A program made the position numbers and the translations under genes. The notes under the pieces were generated by a model. The model was given only the letters and a program-made list of their open reading frames with translations. It was not told the origin of the DNA and did no database searches. This document shows positions 10,924 to 24,739 of a DNA stretch of 64,000 nt, piece after piece (the stretch's first letter is position 1; every line of letters starts with the position of its first letter). Location: the NCBI GenBank assembly GCA_000165425.1, contig CT868374.1, positions 62,001 through 126,000 on the forward strand, given 5' to 3'. This DNA comes from Paramecium tetraurelia. Lineage: Eukaryota.

Positions 10924-13900
10924 TCAGTAAATTATACAGCAGCTACTCTCTCTAGCTAATAAAATATAATAATTAATTACATTATTCAGGTTATTTTTTC
11001 TCTTATTTATCTTAATTTCCAACTTCGATTGGTCTATTCTACTTTTAAACCTAGACATTCTCCTCCTCTTCGTGAACATGATTATTTTATTATGGCGGCT
11101 ATTAAGTTTGATGTTATTAAGGAGGCTATTAGGGAGGCGGCTATTAAGTAGGTGGCTATTAAGTAGGTGGCTATTATGGAGGTGGCTATTATGGAGGTGG
11201 CTATTGAGTAGGAGGTTATTAAGGAGGTGGTTATTAAGGTGCTGGTTGTTAGGGAGGTGGTTATTAAGGTGCTGGCTATTGAGAAGCCTATTATTCAGCT
11301 GCCTGCTATTGTTATAATTTCTTTTATTATTCTTCAATTTCTTATTGCTTTTTCAATTCAGCCTCCTTTTTTAGCTAATCCTTTCTGGCCTATTCCTCTT
11401 GTTGGAATTTAATTTATTCTGCAGTTTAATGTGGGACTTCCCAGTCAGCTTCCATTTCTTCTAATTCCGTTTTTAAATCTTTCTATGGGACTTCCTTCAT
11501 ATCCTTTAACAAAGCCTAGATTTTTTCAGTTACAATTTATTCAATTTAAACATCCAATAATATGGTTTCAGATTTTTTAATAACATCTGCAAAATTCTTT
11601 TATAAGTGTGCAAGACAAAGAATTACGTCTTTCAATGCTTCTCCTCCACCAACAGAATCGTAGAGTTCAATCTATTTACCTAAAGCATATTCTCTGATTC
11701 TATTGATTTTATCAGTAAAGAACCCAGTGATCTTATCAATCGTACCTGGTGGTTTAGGATTATCTAATTCAAATTATATTTAGATGAACACTTTAGCTGT
11801 GGATTTCTTTTTGGCTATTTCAATAGCAGCTTTAGTAATAACTTAACTCAAATCTTCTTATGTATTGGCTGTGTGATTTTCCATGATGATTTTGTTTATA
11901 GAATTAACCTTGTCCTCGAATTTCTTCTACTTATATTCTGAGTAGCAATAATCAATGGCTCCATCAATTACTTTGAAAATACTTCCGACCAAAGGTAAAC
12001 TCTCACAAAGTGATGATCCCACCTCTAAAGCTTTTTTAGCCAATGTCACTCCTGTGCTGACTTTACTATCAATTTCTGCATGTTCTACATTTGTCTATAA
12101 GATTCCTGTACTAGCAGCTCTGTAGGAATCAATGTAATTAAGCAAAGTCCAATAAAATGCTTTGGCATATTTACCCTCCTCTTTATGTCTATTTTCATTC
12201 ATCCAAGCCTTGATTTTACCCTACTCATAAACACCTGAAGCTCTTAATGTATCTCTCATTTTATCTACTCTTTATTCCAAGGCTGCAGTTCTTTTGGCCT
12301 ATTCTTTTTGCTTCTTTTCAATTTCGTCTATTTCTTTAGATTGATTTTCTATCTTCTTCTTAAGTTATTCTATCTGTTACTGTAACAATTCATAATCCTT
12401 ATCTTCTCCTTCAGACTTCCCTTAGTTAGTCTAGATCTTTTCATATTGTTTCTTAAGCATTTCAATTCTTTGTTTCTCCAATTCTTCATATTCCTTTGTA
12501 ATATTTTTATGACCAGCCAATACATTTGGTCTCTTAAGCATAGCATCCATTTTAGCCTTGATTTCATCAGCAGCTTTTCCAAAATTCTCTTGTAATGAAA
12601 CAATTTTCTTGAGTCCAGCTTAAATAAAGTTAATATTGGCATCAGATAAATTTTTTTTAGAAAAGTCATCTTTCAATAATTCCTCAGATTTCTTTAAACT
12701 TGCCAAAGATTCTCCAGGCTTATCCAACATTAATTCCACTTAAGCTTTGTTTGCCCATGCTAATACGAATTTTGGTTCAGCAGCTATGCTCTTGATAAAT
12801 GCATCTTCAGCCTCTTTGTATTTCTTTTGCATTTAATAGCATGCACCCAAACGATTGAATGCTACAGCTCTCTCAAAAGGATCAGGTGATTTAGTTACGA
12901 TTTCAGATAGACGAATGGTTTCCTATATATGAGCTTCTTATTTTCCATCCTTATTCTATTAAGCCAATTTAAATTCTATGTCTGATAAATTACTCATAGC
13001 GATCATGTCATCATGATTTTATTCTATTACTTTTTGAAACATATCTTTTGCTTAGTCCAATTTCTAATTTTCCAAGTAACAGATACCCAAATTATTAAGT
13101 GCACTCAAATTTTTTGGATGGTCCTTTAAGATTGCTTCATATAATTCAATTGCTTAAGGATATTTCTTCTATTTCAAGCATGATTAAGCAAGTCCGAGCT
13201 ATGCCTCTACACCTTTCATTTGTTTAAAAATCTCTTCTGCTTATGCATATTTTTATTGATGCAGAAAGATCTTACCCTTGGCTTCAAGGATAATTGGATC
13301 ATCTTTACAATCCTTATGAATTCCAGAATTCAAAAAGGTCTCTGCTTCTTTATATTTGTTTTATGATTCGAATATACTTACTTGTAATGCATAAAGTCTT
13401 GCCTATTTTGGATTAATTACAAGAGCTTTTTTAATATCTGTTTCTGCACCCTTATAATCTCCTAAATTATAAAAGCAGATTGCTCTGTTCTTGTAGATTT
13501 ATCCAAAATCTTAATTTTCATTTTTATCCTTTCTGTCTATAACATTCTAATATTATTTTATTGCATCCTCAAACTTATTCATTTTCATCTCACATTCAGC
13601 TAGTCCCGCATAACATGCAGACAATGTAGCCTATTCTTTGCTTCCACCCTGTAAAAGAGTAGACAATTGTAGATAATGTGACTTTGATTCCTCGTACATG
13701 CCCAACACCAATTCGGAGTCAGCCAAAAATAATAAAGTTTCTTCATTTTCCTCTTACTGCAGTGTCCAACTTTTTAATAATTCATCCCGAGCTTAATTTG
13801 ACAATTAGCTGTCCTTCTGTGTTTCTAATTTTATAAAATAATCGTCAAGTAAAGATTTTCCGATTAGTTTTCTGAACAAAAACTCATCCCCATCTGCTTT

Positions 13901-14002
13901 TTTGGCTTCCTCTGTAGCGAGCTCTATTGCCTTCTTAAAGTCTTTAGCATCCATGGCGTCATAGATTGCTTTAAGTATAGGATCCTCTTCTTCATCACCC
14001 AT
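10924..14002 (-). CDS. TPR-repeat protein with coiled coil, unassigned C-terminal helical domain, Q/P repeats and CCIIY tail
   Basis: MGDEEEDPIL...; many TPR units (e.g. ALNNLGICYLENQKLDQAKDMFQKVIE, AFNRLGACYQMQKKYKEAEDAFIKSIAAEP). After the final 25-nt intron it ends SRESSCCIIY-TGA. Confidence 0.88.
11095..11285 (-). repeat. Coding 15-nt tandem repeat (QQPPP/QQPAP/QQPPT, about 11 units)
   Basis: Plus strand shows repeated ggaggtggctattat / aggtggctattaagt units; the Gln codons are mostly TAA/TAG. Confidence 0.9.
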
Positions 14003-15553
14003 TATTATAATTATTGAAAAATAATATCAAATTTTTGCACTTATATAATTAAAATTTTGAAACTGTCTTTCTTTTATTTCAAAAATATTTAACAGTTTCA
14101 AACCAAAATGACTGTAAAGGCATTTTAAATCATTAGACCCTAGAATATAGTATTTTTGAGTTCCTGCCCTCTATTAACTCTGAGGATTGATATAATAACC
14201 CTTTATTTAGTGATTCTCAGGTTTATATTTTATTTATTACTGTTGATTTCAATCAATCTTACTATATCGACAAATCCTGTTGTCTTATTAGTAAAGTATC
14301 ATCCCCTAAAGCTTAATCATCAACTAAAATTATCATCTGTTCTATTTTGAGCTTGTTACATGACTATTTTCAAAATGTAATTTAAATGATTAAGCAAACT
14401 TACATTTGCCAACACTTTAATGAAGATATGTTAAAGTAACACAGAGTATGTTTATGAGTAATTTAAGCAGTTACAGTACATTTCTTTTTTGATTTTTGCG
14501 AATAATATTATTTGGATTTTATGGAGCAAACCCGAAAAATGTTACTGTGGTGCAAACTAATTTATTCTATCTGTCTTGTCTAGAATCAAATTTATATGGT
14601 TTTGAATATATTATAATTAATAATTCATTTAAAGTCAACTTATTAATATAGTTATGCCTTAGAAAATGAAGGCAATTTTTTCAAATTTTAGCAGAATTCA
14701 TTATTTGATGCGAATAAGGTCATATAGTACGAAATCTTGATATCGTTGTGTTAGCTAGTTGACCATATAAATAATTTGTCAAGGTACTTTTCTCACTGAA
14801 AGAATCTATATTATAATTCATGATCGTTACGCATCAATTATAATATAGATTCTCTATAATTAAGTGCGAAATTCTCATTTCAACATATTTCGTTCCAAAT
14901 CAAATTGATCAAACCTTTTTATATATATATTTTCTATCCTTTTTATGATTATAAGATTCTAAATGGATGAATTCCAGAATTAATAAGCTTAAAACACCCT
15001 CTATAAATATTTGATAATACTTATGAACTAAATTTGTCCTTTTAGCTCATTAAGTGGCAAAACCTTCTTAGTAAATATACGATATTTATATAATTTTTAA
15101 TTTCTATGTTCTCCATTAATATTATCCCATCAGACAGATTTTAAATCAAACTCATATATATAATTTAATAATCTTCCCTATTTGTCATTTCTGGATGATT
15201 AATTTCATATTTATGATGGCTTTAAAAAAGGATTAATGAATTTTAATTGATAATAATAAGGTTTAAAACAATTCTCATTTTTGGTTCTTTGAGGACCTAA
15301 AGTCGCTGCAGGATTTTTATTTGGTTGTGCATTATATAATAAAAAATAACTTTTTACATTTCAACCATAATATGAAAATTAGTAAAATCACGACTTCTTC
15401 ATTTATATAATCAAATGAAACATCATCTAAAAACATCAAAATTAAGTAAAAAATGGAAAAGAAATTTTTCTAATTGAGCTCATCAATTAAATTTAAACCA
15501 TATAAATAAATAAATTTTATTATTATATCTGTGGTTTTATATATATATATTTT

Positions 15554-18500
15554 ATGTATTTAATCACAATATTATTTTCAATCGCTTTTGGAGTATTATT
15601 ATAAAGTACTCTAAATCAAAATACTACTATATATCCAACCAAAGTAGAACAATGTTAAAACGTAGAACTAAAGGAAAATCAAAATTTTTATCTAGAAATG
15701 AATAAAGAAGCCAACATGTTTTATAAATTTTCAAATGATTTTTAAGAATTAAGCAGCGATAAATGGAATTTAACTTTTGTTGATTTTATTTCTTCAACTA
15801 TTGTAGCCCCTGATCACTTTACAATACTTTAAAGCTAATAATTACTATTACCTGGTGGAATGAGTTTGTGTTCACTCTTGTAGAATAAACTTACTTTAGA
15901 CTACTCAATTTATTGTAAAGATGTAATGCCATAAAAATACAGAGAAAATAATTTTAGTAAATTAAAAGAATTTACATTTTTAATTGCTTATTAGGAAGGC
16001 CTTAAATGTAATGACTATGTATTTTTAAATCATCTCCTTTATATTCTTTGCTAAATCGAAGATCAAATCCAATTAATTTCCTTTGATCTGGAAGGAAATA
16101 GATATTAAAACAGCTACAACATATCTTAGGTTTAATAATAATGCAAAATAAATTTTAAACTTTTTCAAAATTAGTACCTTTTAGTATACTTTTGTTAATG
16201 CTTAAATTGGGAATTAATAATATTTGATTAACAACTATAATTTATAAGAAGATTTACTGATTAAGAAAAGTATTTGGAAGTTCAATTTAATTCGAATAAG
16301 GAACTATAAGATCTTTTTGTATGCTAATAAAGGCTATATTTAATATTCGATCGAGAATACATTAGTTTATTAGTTTTATCCGTTATGGCTTCTGACTTTC
16401 AAATTGAGTCTAAAGCTTATAATTTGAAAATTTAAAGATTACAAGTGTTGTAATTATAAAGTTGTAGATTAGAGAATCAAGGAATCAATTTAAGCGATGC
16501 TAGTACTATTTTTAAAGACAAATAATTAGAAAATTTAAAAATAATATAAAAATTAGGGCTTTATATTACTTGCTTGGTTTTTAATGATCAATTAATTTTA
16601 ATGCTTACAAATGAAATAACTTAAACAATTCGATTTGAAATTAAATTCTTATCTTATATCCCAACAATCACCTAATATTTTTGGGTAGTAGATAATTAGA
16701 ATAAAGTTAACATTTTTGAGATAAATTTATTCTAGAATTATTTTACATATCAATCCAAAGCAAATTATGTTGGATTTTATACAATCAAACAAATGAAAAT
16801 TGAGTTGATAAGATGCTTTGCTATAAGTTAGTAGATAGATAAATAGGATTATTTCAAAAATTAAATTGACAAACTTAAATATCAAAATTATTTAGTTTAA
16901 ATTGACGACAATTTTGATGGTATTTAAATTGAAAAGTAAAGCTTCTTTTTAAATAGAAATTTGCATTTTCACTTTACTTTTCCAAGTTTATTTTAACAAA
17001 AAATTGAGTTGAAAAAGACGAACAGATTATGTTGTATAAATAGACAACAATTAAACCTTGTTAGCAAATTTTTTGCATTTAAAATTAAATCATAAAATTA
17101 TTTTATGTTTAATAAAAATGGACATCTTGTAATTTATCATTGTAATTCATAAAGGTTTATGCATTTTAATATTCAAATTGATTTAAATTCTATTAGAACA
17201 TATTATTTAATATAGGAGCTCTAATTTATTTTGGTGCAAGAAAATGAAGGAAGAATAATTACTTTCATCTATTAGGGAAAAGCATAAAACTCAATACAAT
17301 ATTAAATGTATTTATTTAAAGAATAAATTCGCACTTCTTTTACATATAAAAATTAGTTGATAGTTTAGGATTAAAATTCCCTTTTTTATTTTAATACATA
17401 ATTAAATATATTCTAAAAATAATCTCCCTTTAATCATAATTACTTCATTAATTCAGAAATTTTCAGAGATGCCATCTAGATTTTCAATTTTTTTGACATT
17501 TTTATTCTCTAGTATGGATCATATTTCATTGTTCAAGTAGAATTACTTGTTACTTTAAGTATTCAATTGATTCTTTATTAGAAATCTATTTAAATATAGT
17601 AATATTAGGAGGCTACTCAAGAAGAAGTCAACCCCCATAAGTAATTTTGATAGGAATGGATTAGAACAAGAGCAGAATTGATAAATACTTAATAACTAAC
17701 AGAAATTACTACCTGCTTTAGACCTATTACTTTGAAGACTATTTTCCAATTTAACCCTTAAATTATTAAATTAATGAATAAAATTTCATCATAGCAACCC
17801 GACAACAAAGCAATAACCAATTTCATTTGATGTTATTCATTATTAATTAAATAAATAGTTTTGAATGTCATGAGATAATATCTACTCCTTATTAATACTT
17901 TTATGCTATCTCTAATATCCTTTACTATTACGATGTAAATCAAGAATTAATTGAGTACGACATCAAATATTTGTCTTTTGATTATGATGTATAACCACTT
18001 AAGGAAATGTTTTATAACTTACAATTTTAAATAGATATTACAGATGTTCAGTCCCCAAGAGATGGCAATATTTATAGTGAAAAATTCAATTTATTGGCAC
18101 TCAATTTGCAAGAGGAATTATCCCTGGTTAATCAAAGTGATGCAACAATAACTTTGAATAATAATTAGGCAATTCTATATCCGAATCAGTTTTTGCAGGG
18201 AGAATTTATGTCATTTGATTTATCAAATACCTCTTCTTTTACCCTCCAAAGTCCATTTAAACTTGTTTAGACAAAAACATGTATAAGTTTAGATAATAAT
18301 TTTTGTGTACTTGAACTTCTTCCATTTATTAAAGTATTAGATTTAAACACAAATACTGAAAATTAGTATCTAATTCCTTATAGAGTCACAGAAAATATTA
18401 AATTTCATGGATGGTAAGATATGGTAGTAATAGTAGAATTTTCAGATTTAAAGATAACAATATAATATTACAAAAAGGATACGTTAAAAGTTTTACTTAT

Positions 18501-19440
18501 AAATGAGTCCTATTAGGGTAGCAATTTAGTATAGTAGATATTAATAATTTAAACTAGTACATTTACTTTTTTTTATTTTCTCGATGAAGAAATAAGACTT
18601 TTAGAAACTACTACAGGTATCCAAAATTTATCAATTAATTCTATCTTTTATTAAATTGACTCTGATAAAATTTGTAAAATACTCTTTGAATCTGATAAAA
18701 TTCATATATCATGCTTTTAAATTAAATAGGGAGTAACTTCATCAGTATCAAATTATACAATTCCAACTTAAGACATTTATAATGCAATAAGTTTAAGTGA
18801 TAAACTTATAGAATTTTCTTATGAATGTAAAATTTAAGTTTTAAATTTAACTTCCATCGGATAAAATGAGCTAGACTTAAAGATCACAGTTAATTATAGA
18901 AAACTATTTTTTATATATTAATAAATTTTATAATTTTATGTTTAGATAACTCTAAAAGATTAAGAATATTAAATTAAGTTGAATAATTTAATAAAACTTT
19001 CAAAGCATAATGCTAATTGTAAAAGTTTGTTATTACAAAACAATCTGCTATACGTTTGTTCCAATTTACAAATATTCTTATATAAACTCGAAAGTGGATT
19101 TTAATTATTAGATTCTTATGCTATCTAAAACTTAGAGCGTTAAACTATTTCTATCTTAAATAATACTCATATAGCTGAATTCAATCAAATTAATACTGAA
19201 GTCTCAATATACGAAATCGACTATTGGAGATTAATTAAAAATGAAAACATTAATGTTGAGGAAGAGTAAACTGTTACATTTATAGCTTCAAACCTCGTAA
19301 CTCAGCTTGAATTTAAAGTAAATGTTGTGAAACAAAGTAATCATGAAAATATCAAAATAAATATTAGCTTTGTAATCATAGTATGTAACGTAGTATTTAT
19401 ACAAATGTTCATCTTAATTAAAAAGTAAAAGAGAGTATGA
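15554..19440 (+). CDS. Large type-I membrane protein (about 1280 aa) of a Paramecium-expanded low-complexity family
   Basis: Signal peptide MYLITILFSIAFG; long N/Q/I/F-rich ectodomain; C-terminal TM ISFVIIVCNVVFIQMFILI followed by KKQKRV-TGA. A 29-nt intron at 17512-17540 reconciles the frames. Confidence 0.75.
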
Positions 19441-19855
19441 TGTATATTTATCTACAATTTATATAATGAATTGTCAATTAAAACATATCTAAAAATATAT
19501 AGTTGACTAAATGTATTTTTATATATTTGATTGAAATTATTTTATGTTCTCATTATATACTCTTTATTATCAAACAACACTATGTTTATAATATATATAA
19601 GATAATAAAAGCTCATCTAGTCGCTTAATGAAAAATTGCTTGCTTCATATTATAATTAAATACTCACATTAATGAATGCCTTTAAAATAATTTATGGTCA
19701 ATTGTTTCAAGCATTCACTCTCTAATAATTTAAGTAGTTTAATACAAACATATATCATAATTATATAGATTAAATGTGTATTATTAGGGAGTATTATTAT
19801 TTTTATACTTATGTTATAGAATATGCAATTGTAAATTTATTAATATTTTTACATA

Positions 19856-20582
19856 ATGAACTCTCAAATTGACCCTCATTTAGTTTAAAACACCGTAATG
19901 TAGCTGAATAAAGAGAATAATGAGTTGAAATAACAATTGGCTAATCTCTAGTATTGTTATGATTTATTTCTTTTTAGAAAGGAACTTGAGAAATAAGTTC
20001 AACTGTCAAAGGAAGCCTTGGAATGGAAGGAGAAATATGATAGGCTTCATAAATAGAATCACACATTAGATCATGAAAAAAAATAACTATTAGATGAGAA
20101 AAAGAAGTTAATAGAGGAGATTAAGAATTTGGAGTAAAACATTTTAAAAACTTAATAGAAATTCTGTGCAATAGTTGCAAGAGAAAACAAAAGATTTAAA
20201 AGACTATGAGTAAATAAAGGCTAATTCTATAAATGTTCAATAGGACAATTAAGAATTAACTAGAGAATTAGAAACATTTAAATAGAAAGCATTGTTTGTA
20301 ATAAAAGTAAAATGTTCAATTAATAGATAGCCAAAAACAGTAATCGAAAACATGAAGTAATACTATTCGTTGACTCTCTAATGGGAAAGAAACATATAGA
20401 ATTTGCAATTAACATATAAGTTAGAAAATGATGGTCTGGTCCTTGAGGGGTATGGAGAAACTGGTGACAAAAAGATTATTTATCAGCAGATTTATGATTT
20501 AGGGAAAAAAATACTGAAACAAAAAGACACACCCCTGATATCATTGAAACAATCTCAAATGATTTTGACTTTTGAAGTTTGA
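19856..20582 (+). CDS. Coiled-coil protein
   Basis: MNSQIDPHLVQNTVMQLNKENNELKQQLANL...EALEWKEKYDRLH...; 27- and 25-nt introns plus a third; ends ...MILTFEV-TGA. Confidence 0.65.
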
Positions 20583-20617
20583 GATTTTATAAATCAAATT
20601 AAAATTTTTAATTCTGG

Positions 20618-23600
20618 ATGAATAGAGTAATTGCCTTTGGGTTTACCACTTATGAATCATTGGTTTAGAAATTGAGCAGCGCAGAAAATGCCACAAGTCT
20701 CTTCAAAGTATATTAGGAAAACAAAGAATAATTTAAACATGAACATGTAGTACAATCCTTAAGAGTGCTTGGCAGATTTAGTCGTTAACTAAATTCAGAT
20801 AATAATGTTGCCGAGATTACAAGTAAATTGAATGAAATTGTTGATCAATTGACCGAGTATGGTAATGAATATCTTTGATTTAGATGTTGTGGATGTATTA
20901 TTTTGGCTAAGAAAATTCAAATTAAATCGAATCCAAACTCATATCACTAATCAAACCCAAAATAAAATATATTAAAGGGTTTAATAGATGTCTGATAATT
21001 AAATGTTTTCATTTAAAAGCATGTGCAACATTTATTATGATTTATCAGTTCTAAACTAATTCAATGATGGTTTGTCTAAAACCATATCAGAGTAGATGTT
21101 AACATCTAAACACTTGTCTCCATTCCTCTTAATGTAGTTATTGAATACTGTCATCGTCAAGATTAATCATTGCAGTCTTACCAAATACGATTAGACAATT
21201 CTAACTAACTGTATTAAAGTATTGGATAGTTAACTTGACACTCTTGATATTGAATAAGTATCAAATATATATAAATATTATATAGAAAGCTTAGGCATTA
21301 AAGGTCTGTGCTGAAGTACAATTTTAAAATCTTCCTCCAAAGTTCCAACTACCAATTTAGGTTAAAAAGATCAAGGATTCATTATTAGAAAAAACTGAAC
21401 AACTACAGGAAGACGCAGTCATCAATATCATTAAGGCTTATGAATATCTCCCAAAATAGTTCGAACTTGATCTACTTAAGGAAATAAAAGATATGATAAT
21501 GAATACTTTGGACTAAAATCCATCAAACTTATCTGACAAATTCTTAATTTAATTAACAGAGAGAATGATGAAAATGCCTCATTCAAGAGTGTCTTTTGAA
21601 AACATTAAAAAGGTGCTCATCGAATTATGTAATAGAATATCTAATAATACCATCGATGCTCCATAATTAAATTATTTGATGCCAGCTTTAATTAAATTTA
21701 AAAGGGTAGAGGAGGTTATCTAAGCCTTATAAAAGTAAGAAGAGAAAAGTGTAAAAACTTTAAGTTACTTGTTTATCCAAGGAATCAATCTCAAAGATTC
21801 TGTCAATAAATTCATGCAAAACAGAGATAAGAAAAAGATTCCTTTTAATTAGGCCATCTATTATGTAGTTTTTGCTAATAGAGATGCTAAGGAACATTTT
21901 GATACATTATAAAAGGTATGCAAAGAGTAAATTGAGAATTCTCCACTTTAATCACTTAAAGCAATAAATGAAGTTGAACTCAACTACTAAGTCAAATTTC
22001 AACTTTAAGAACTGGCTTATTTTAAATTAATTGAACTTGTCAAACAATAGAAATATGAATTCATTAAAGTCTTTAAAGACTTAGTAAATTGTTGTTGCAA
22101 TAATAAATCTAGAAATGCTTTCCTATAACTCTACGATCAAGTAAGCGCTAAGTAAAATCCTAAATTGATGATGCAAAAACTTGTTTAAGATCCTGATTCC
22201 TTTAATTCTGAATCCTTTTCTACACTTCTATAAGTTTTTTAAAGAGATCCAAAAAACCTTCCAATCCTAAAATTTATTGATTACATAACTCTTAATTAAA
22301 ATAGACTTTTAGAAATTATTAAAAGTGATCAAGTCGTATGGGCTATCAAAATATTGGCTAATGCTTATTAGGCTCAACCTGATGTAAAACTTTTTCCAAT
22401 TGTCAACTTCGCCTTCAGATTTGAAAATGTTGGATACGTAAGTAGACATGTGGGTGTTACACTCAAGAAGATCGCTGATTAATTTAGAAGGAAAAATCTT
22501 AACACCCCCTATCCTGACCCTATTTTTGTTAATTTGTTAATCACCCATAATATATTGTCTCCGGAAGACGCTTTAATTCAGCTAAACTATGAAAAGGTTC
22601 ATTAATATACTAAAGTCTAATTATGTGGAATTGCATTATAAGCTGAGAGTGTCCCACAACATATTATTCAATTAAGAGATAAAATTAAAGAAGAAAGTTT
22701 CAAAGCCTTAGAGTAAGAAGTCAAATATTAAACAATATTAGATTTGGTCACTTTGGGTGATTTTACAAGTGATGAATTCACCAATGTCAGAACCAAAATC
22801 TAAATCATTTTGCCTTAATTGCATGCTAAATAATATTTTGATTTGATCATGTATGCCAAAGACTATACAATTTTAAAAGAGTTGGCATCCTCATTTAATG
22901 AGTTTTCCCAAAAGCTTGGAATTAGTAGAGTCATAAGAGCAGCAGAAAAATTTGCTAAATACCAAGTCCAAAATCAACTGGTTTACAATACACTACTTGA
23001 AGCTTATGGTTATTAATTTTTTGGTGTTTTTAATGAACAAAGAATTTAGATCTTAGATATATTTTCATAAGCCAAAATTAAATCACCTGATCTGTTCAAA
23101 AGAACACTTGAAAAAATTAAATAATAACCTTAACCCTATAAAAGCTTTATATTCGAAATTATAGAATTCTGTACCGATTTGGGTTTAGTTGAATAAGAAA
23201 TCGTAGATTTAATTAATTAAATAGCAGATAAATCATAAATTTCAGGTTCAACTGCTCTCAAATTATTGTAATATCAAGTCTTAGCTGATCAACCAATTCA
23301 AGTTATAGAGAAAACTTCAGAATTGATAAAGGATGTCAAATATAAGGATAACCATAAGACTGCCATGACCTATGAATTATTACTGAGAAAATACCCAGGA
23401 TCTAAGGCTATTAAAGCTCATGGAATTTTACTTAATGAAGAAAAATTATCAAAGGCCAGGTACCAAATTGCCAATCCAAGTAGTAAAAGCAATTTTTCAT
23501 TTGAATTCTGTACCCAATATCTCCATTTATTGGGAGTTGAACTGAAAGAAAATAAATGTATTAATGGTATCAATGTTGACTTTTACTTACCCTAAATGTA

Positions 23601-23999
23601 ATTATATATTCTATTTATGTAGTGAGGCATCTCTCTTTATTGTTCATCATCACTTACTAAATTTTGATTAAACAACAATGAATGGAAAAGGTATTTTGTA
23701 AAAGAAACTTTTGGAAACAATTACTAAGTAAGTTATAGTTGTTAACTTTAAATAACTTGCCCAATTATAAACTCATGAAGACAGGGCAACATATTTGATG
23801 AATTTAGGTATTCTCCATATATATAAATTAAGGCATACCAATCAAAGTAGATATCACAAAAGTGGATTATAGTTCTATCAAACCATATGAAAAAACTGAT
23901 AAGGATAAGCCTACGATGTAGCAATCTAAAAACAATTTTAGGAAATAATTTGGAAAATAAGATTATCAATAAGATCATTTGCAAGTTGACAGAGATTGA
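20618..23999 (+). CDS. Large helical-repeat protein with C-terminal RAP domain (FASTK/HPR-like), probably a mitochondrial RNA-binding protein
   Basis: MNRVIAFGF... presequence-like start; all-helical body; C-terminal INGINVDFYLP...MNGKGILQKKLLETITKQVIVVNF fits the RAP pattern; four tiny introns. Confidence 0.72.
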
Positions 24000-24194
24000 T
24001 AATTCAAAGTAGTATATAAGCATTATCTTAAAAAAATATTATTTTAAATTCTATAATTATAATTAACAATTGGTTTCCTAATAATTTCAATTACTTATAA
24101 ATTATTTACAAGTACAAAATCTAATGTATATTTTAAGATTTTTTGCAAATAGGAATACCTATAATTAGTTGTTTATATATGTTTTAATAATAAA

Positions 24195-24623
24195 TCATGA
24201 AAATTTGATATCGTATTTTCTCTATAGGACCTATTATCCGATATGATCATCTAATTAAGTCAAACTTTATTGCAATTTGTATATTTCTTTTTCTAAATCT
24301 AAATTATCGTTTCTAATATTTTCCAATTATACAATCTCATCCTGCATTTCAAGATTATATTCAACAACCTATTTTTAAAGAAGCTGCTTAAGCTATAGAA
24401 TTTGAGGTTCAATTTCATTTTGAATTTCTTCACTTTAAGAGTTAATTAATTTATTCATATGAGTAAGATCTTCCTAAAGTAATTCGCTTTCTTATTTATA
24501 TATTCCTGTTAACTCTTTCATTTTCAGAATGTATAAGGAATTAGTATGAGCAGAATCAAAACAAGTCAATGTATTAATGGGTCGAAGAGTTTCTCGTTTT
24601 GTAAAAACATCATTCTATTTCAT
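24195..24623 (-). CDS. Small coiled-coil protein (142 aa)
   Basis: Intronless MKQNDVFTKRETLRPINTL...LTQLDDHIGQQVLQRKYDIKFS-TGA. Confidence 0.65.
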
Positions 24624-24739
24624 ATAAATTAAGTATATAATATAATTTTTAATCCGCTAATTTATTAATAAGGAATGAATTAATTAAATAGTTAAATAAG
24701 TTAATAAAACTTCAACACTCATATGAAGCAATGCCAGAA

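Noticed and set aside
11072..11412. ORF-track peptides with repeated RWLL / VVIKV / NSHL units
   Set aside because: These are antisense or off-frame shadows of the QQPPP repeat. It is not a CRISPR array because there are no unique spacers.
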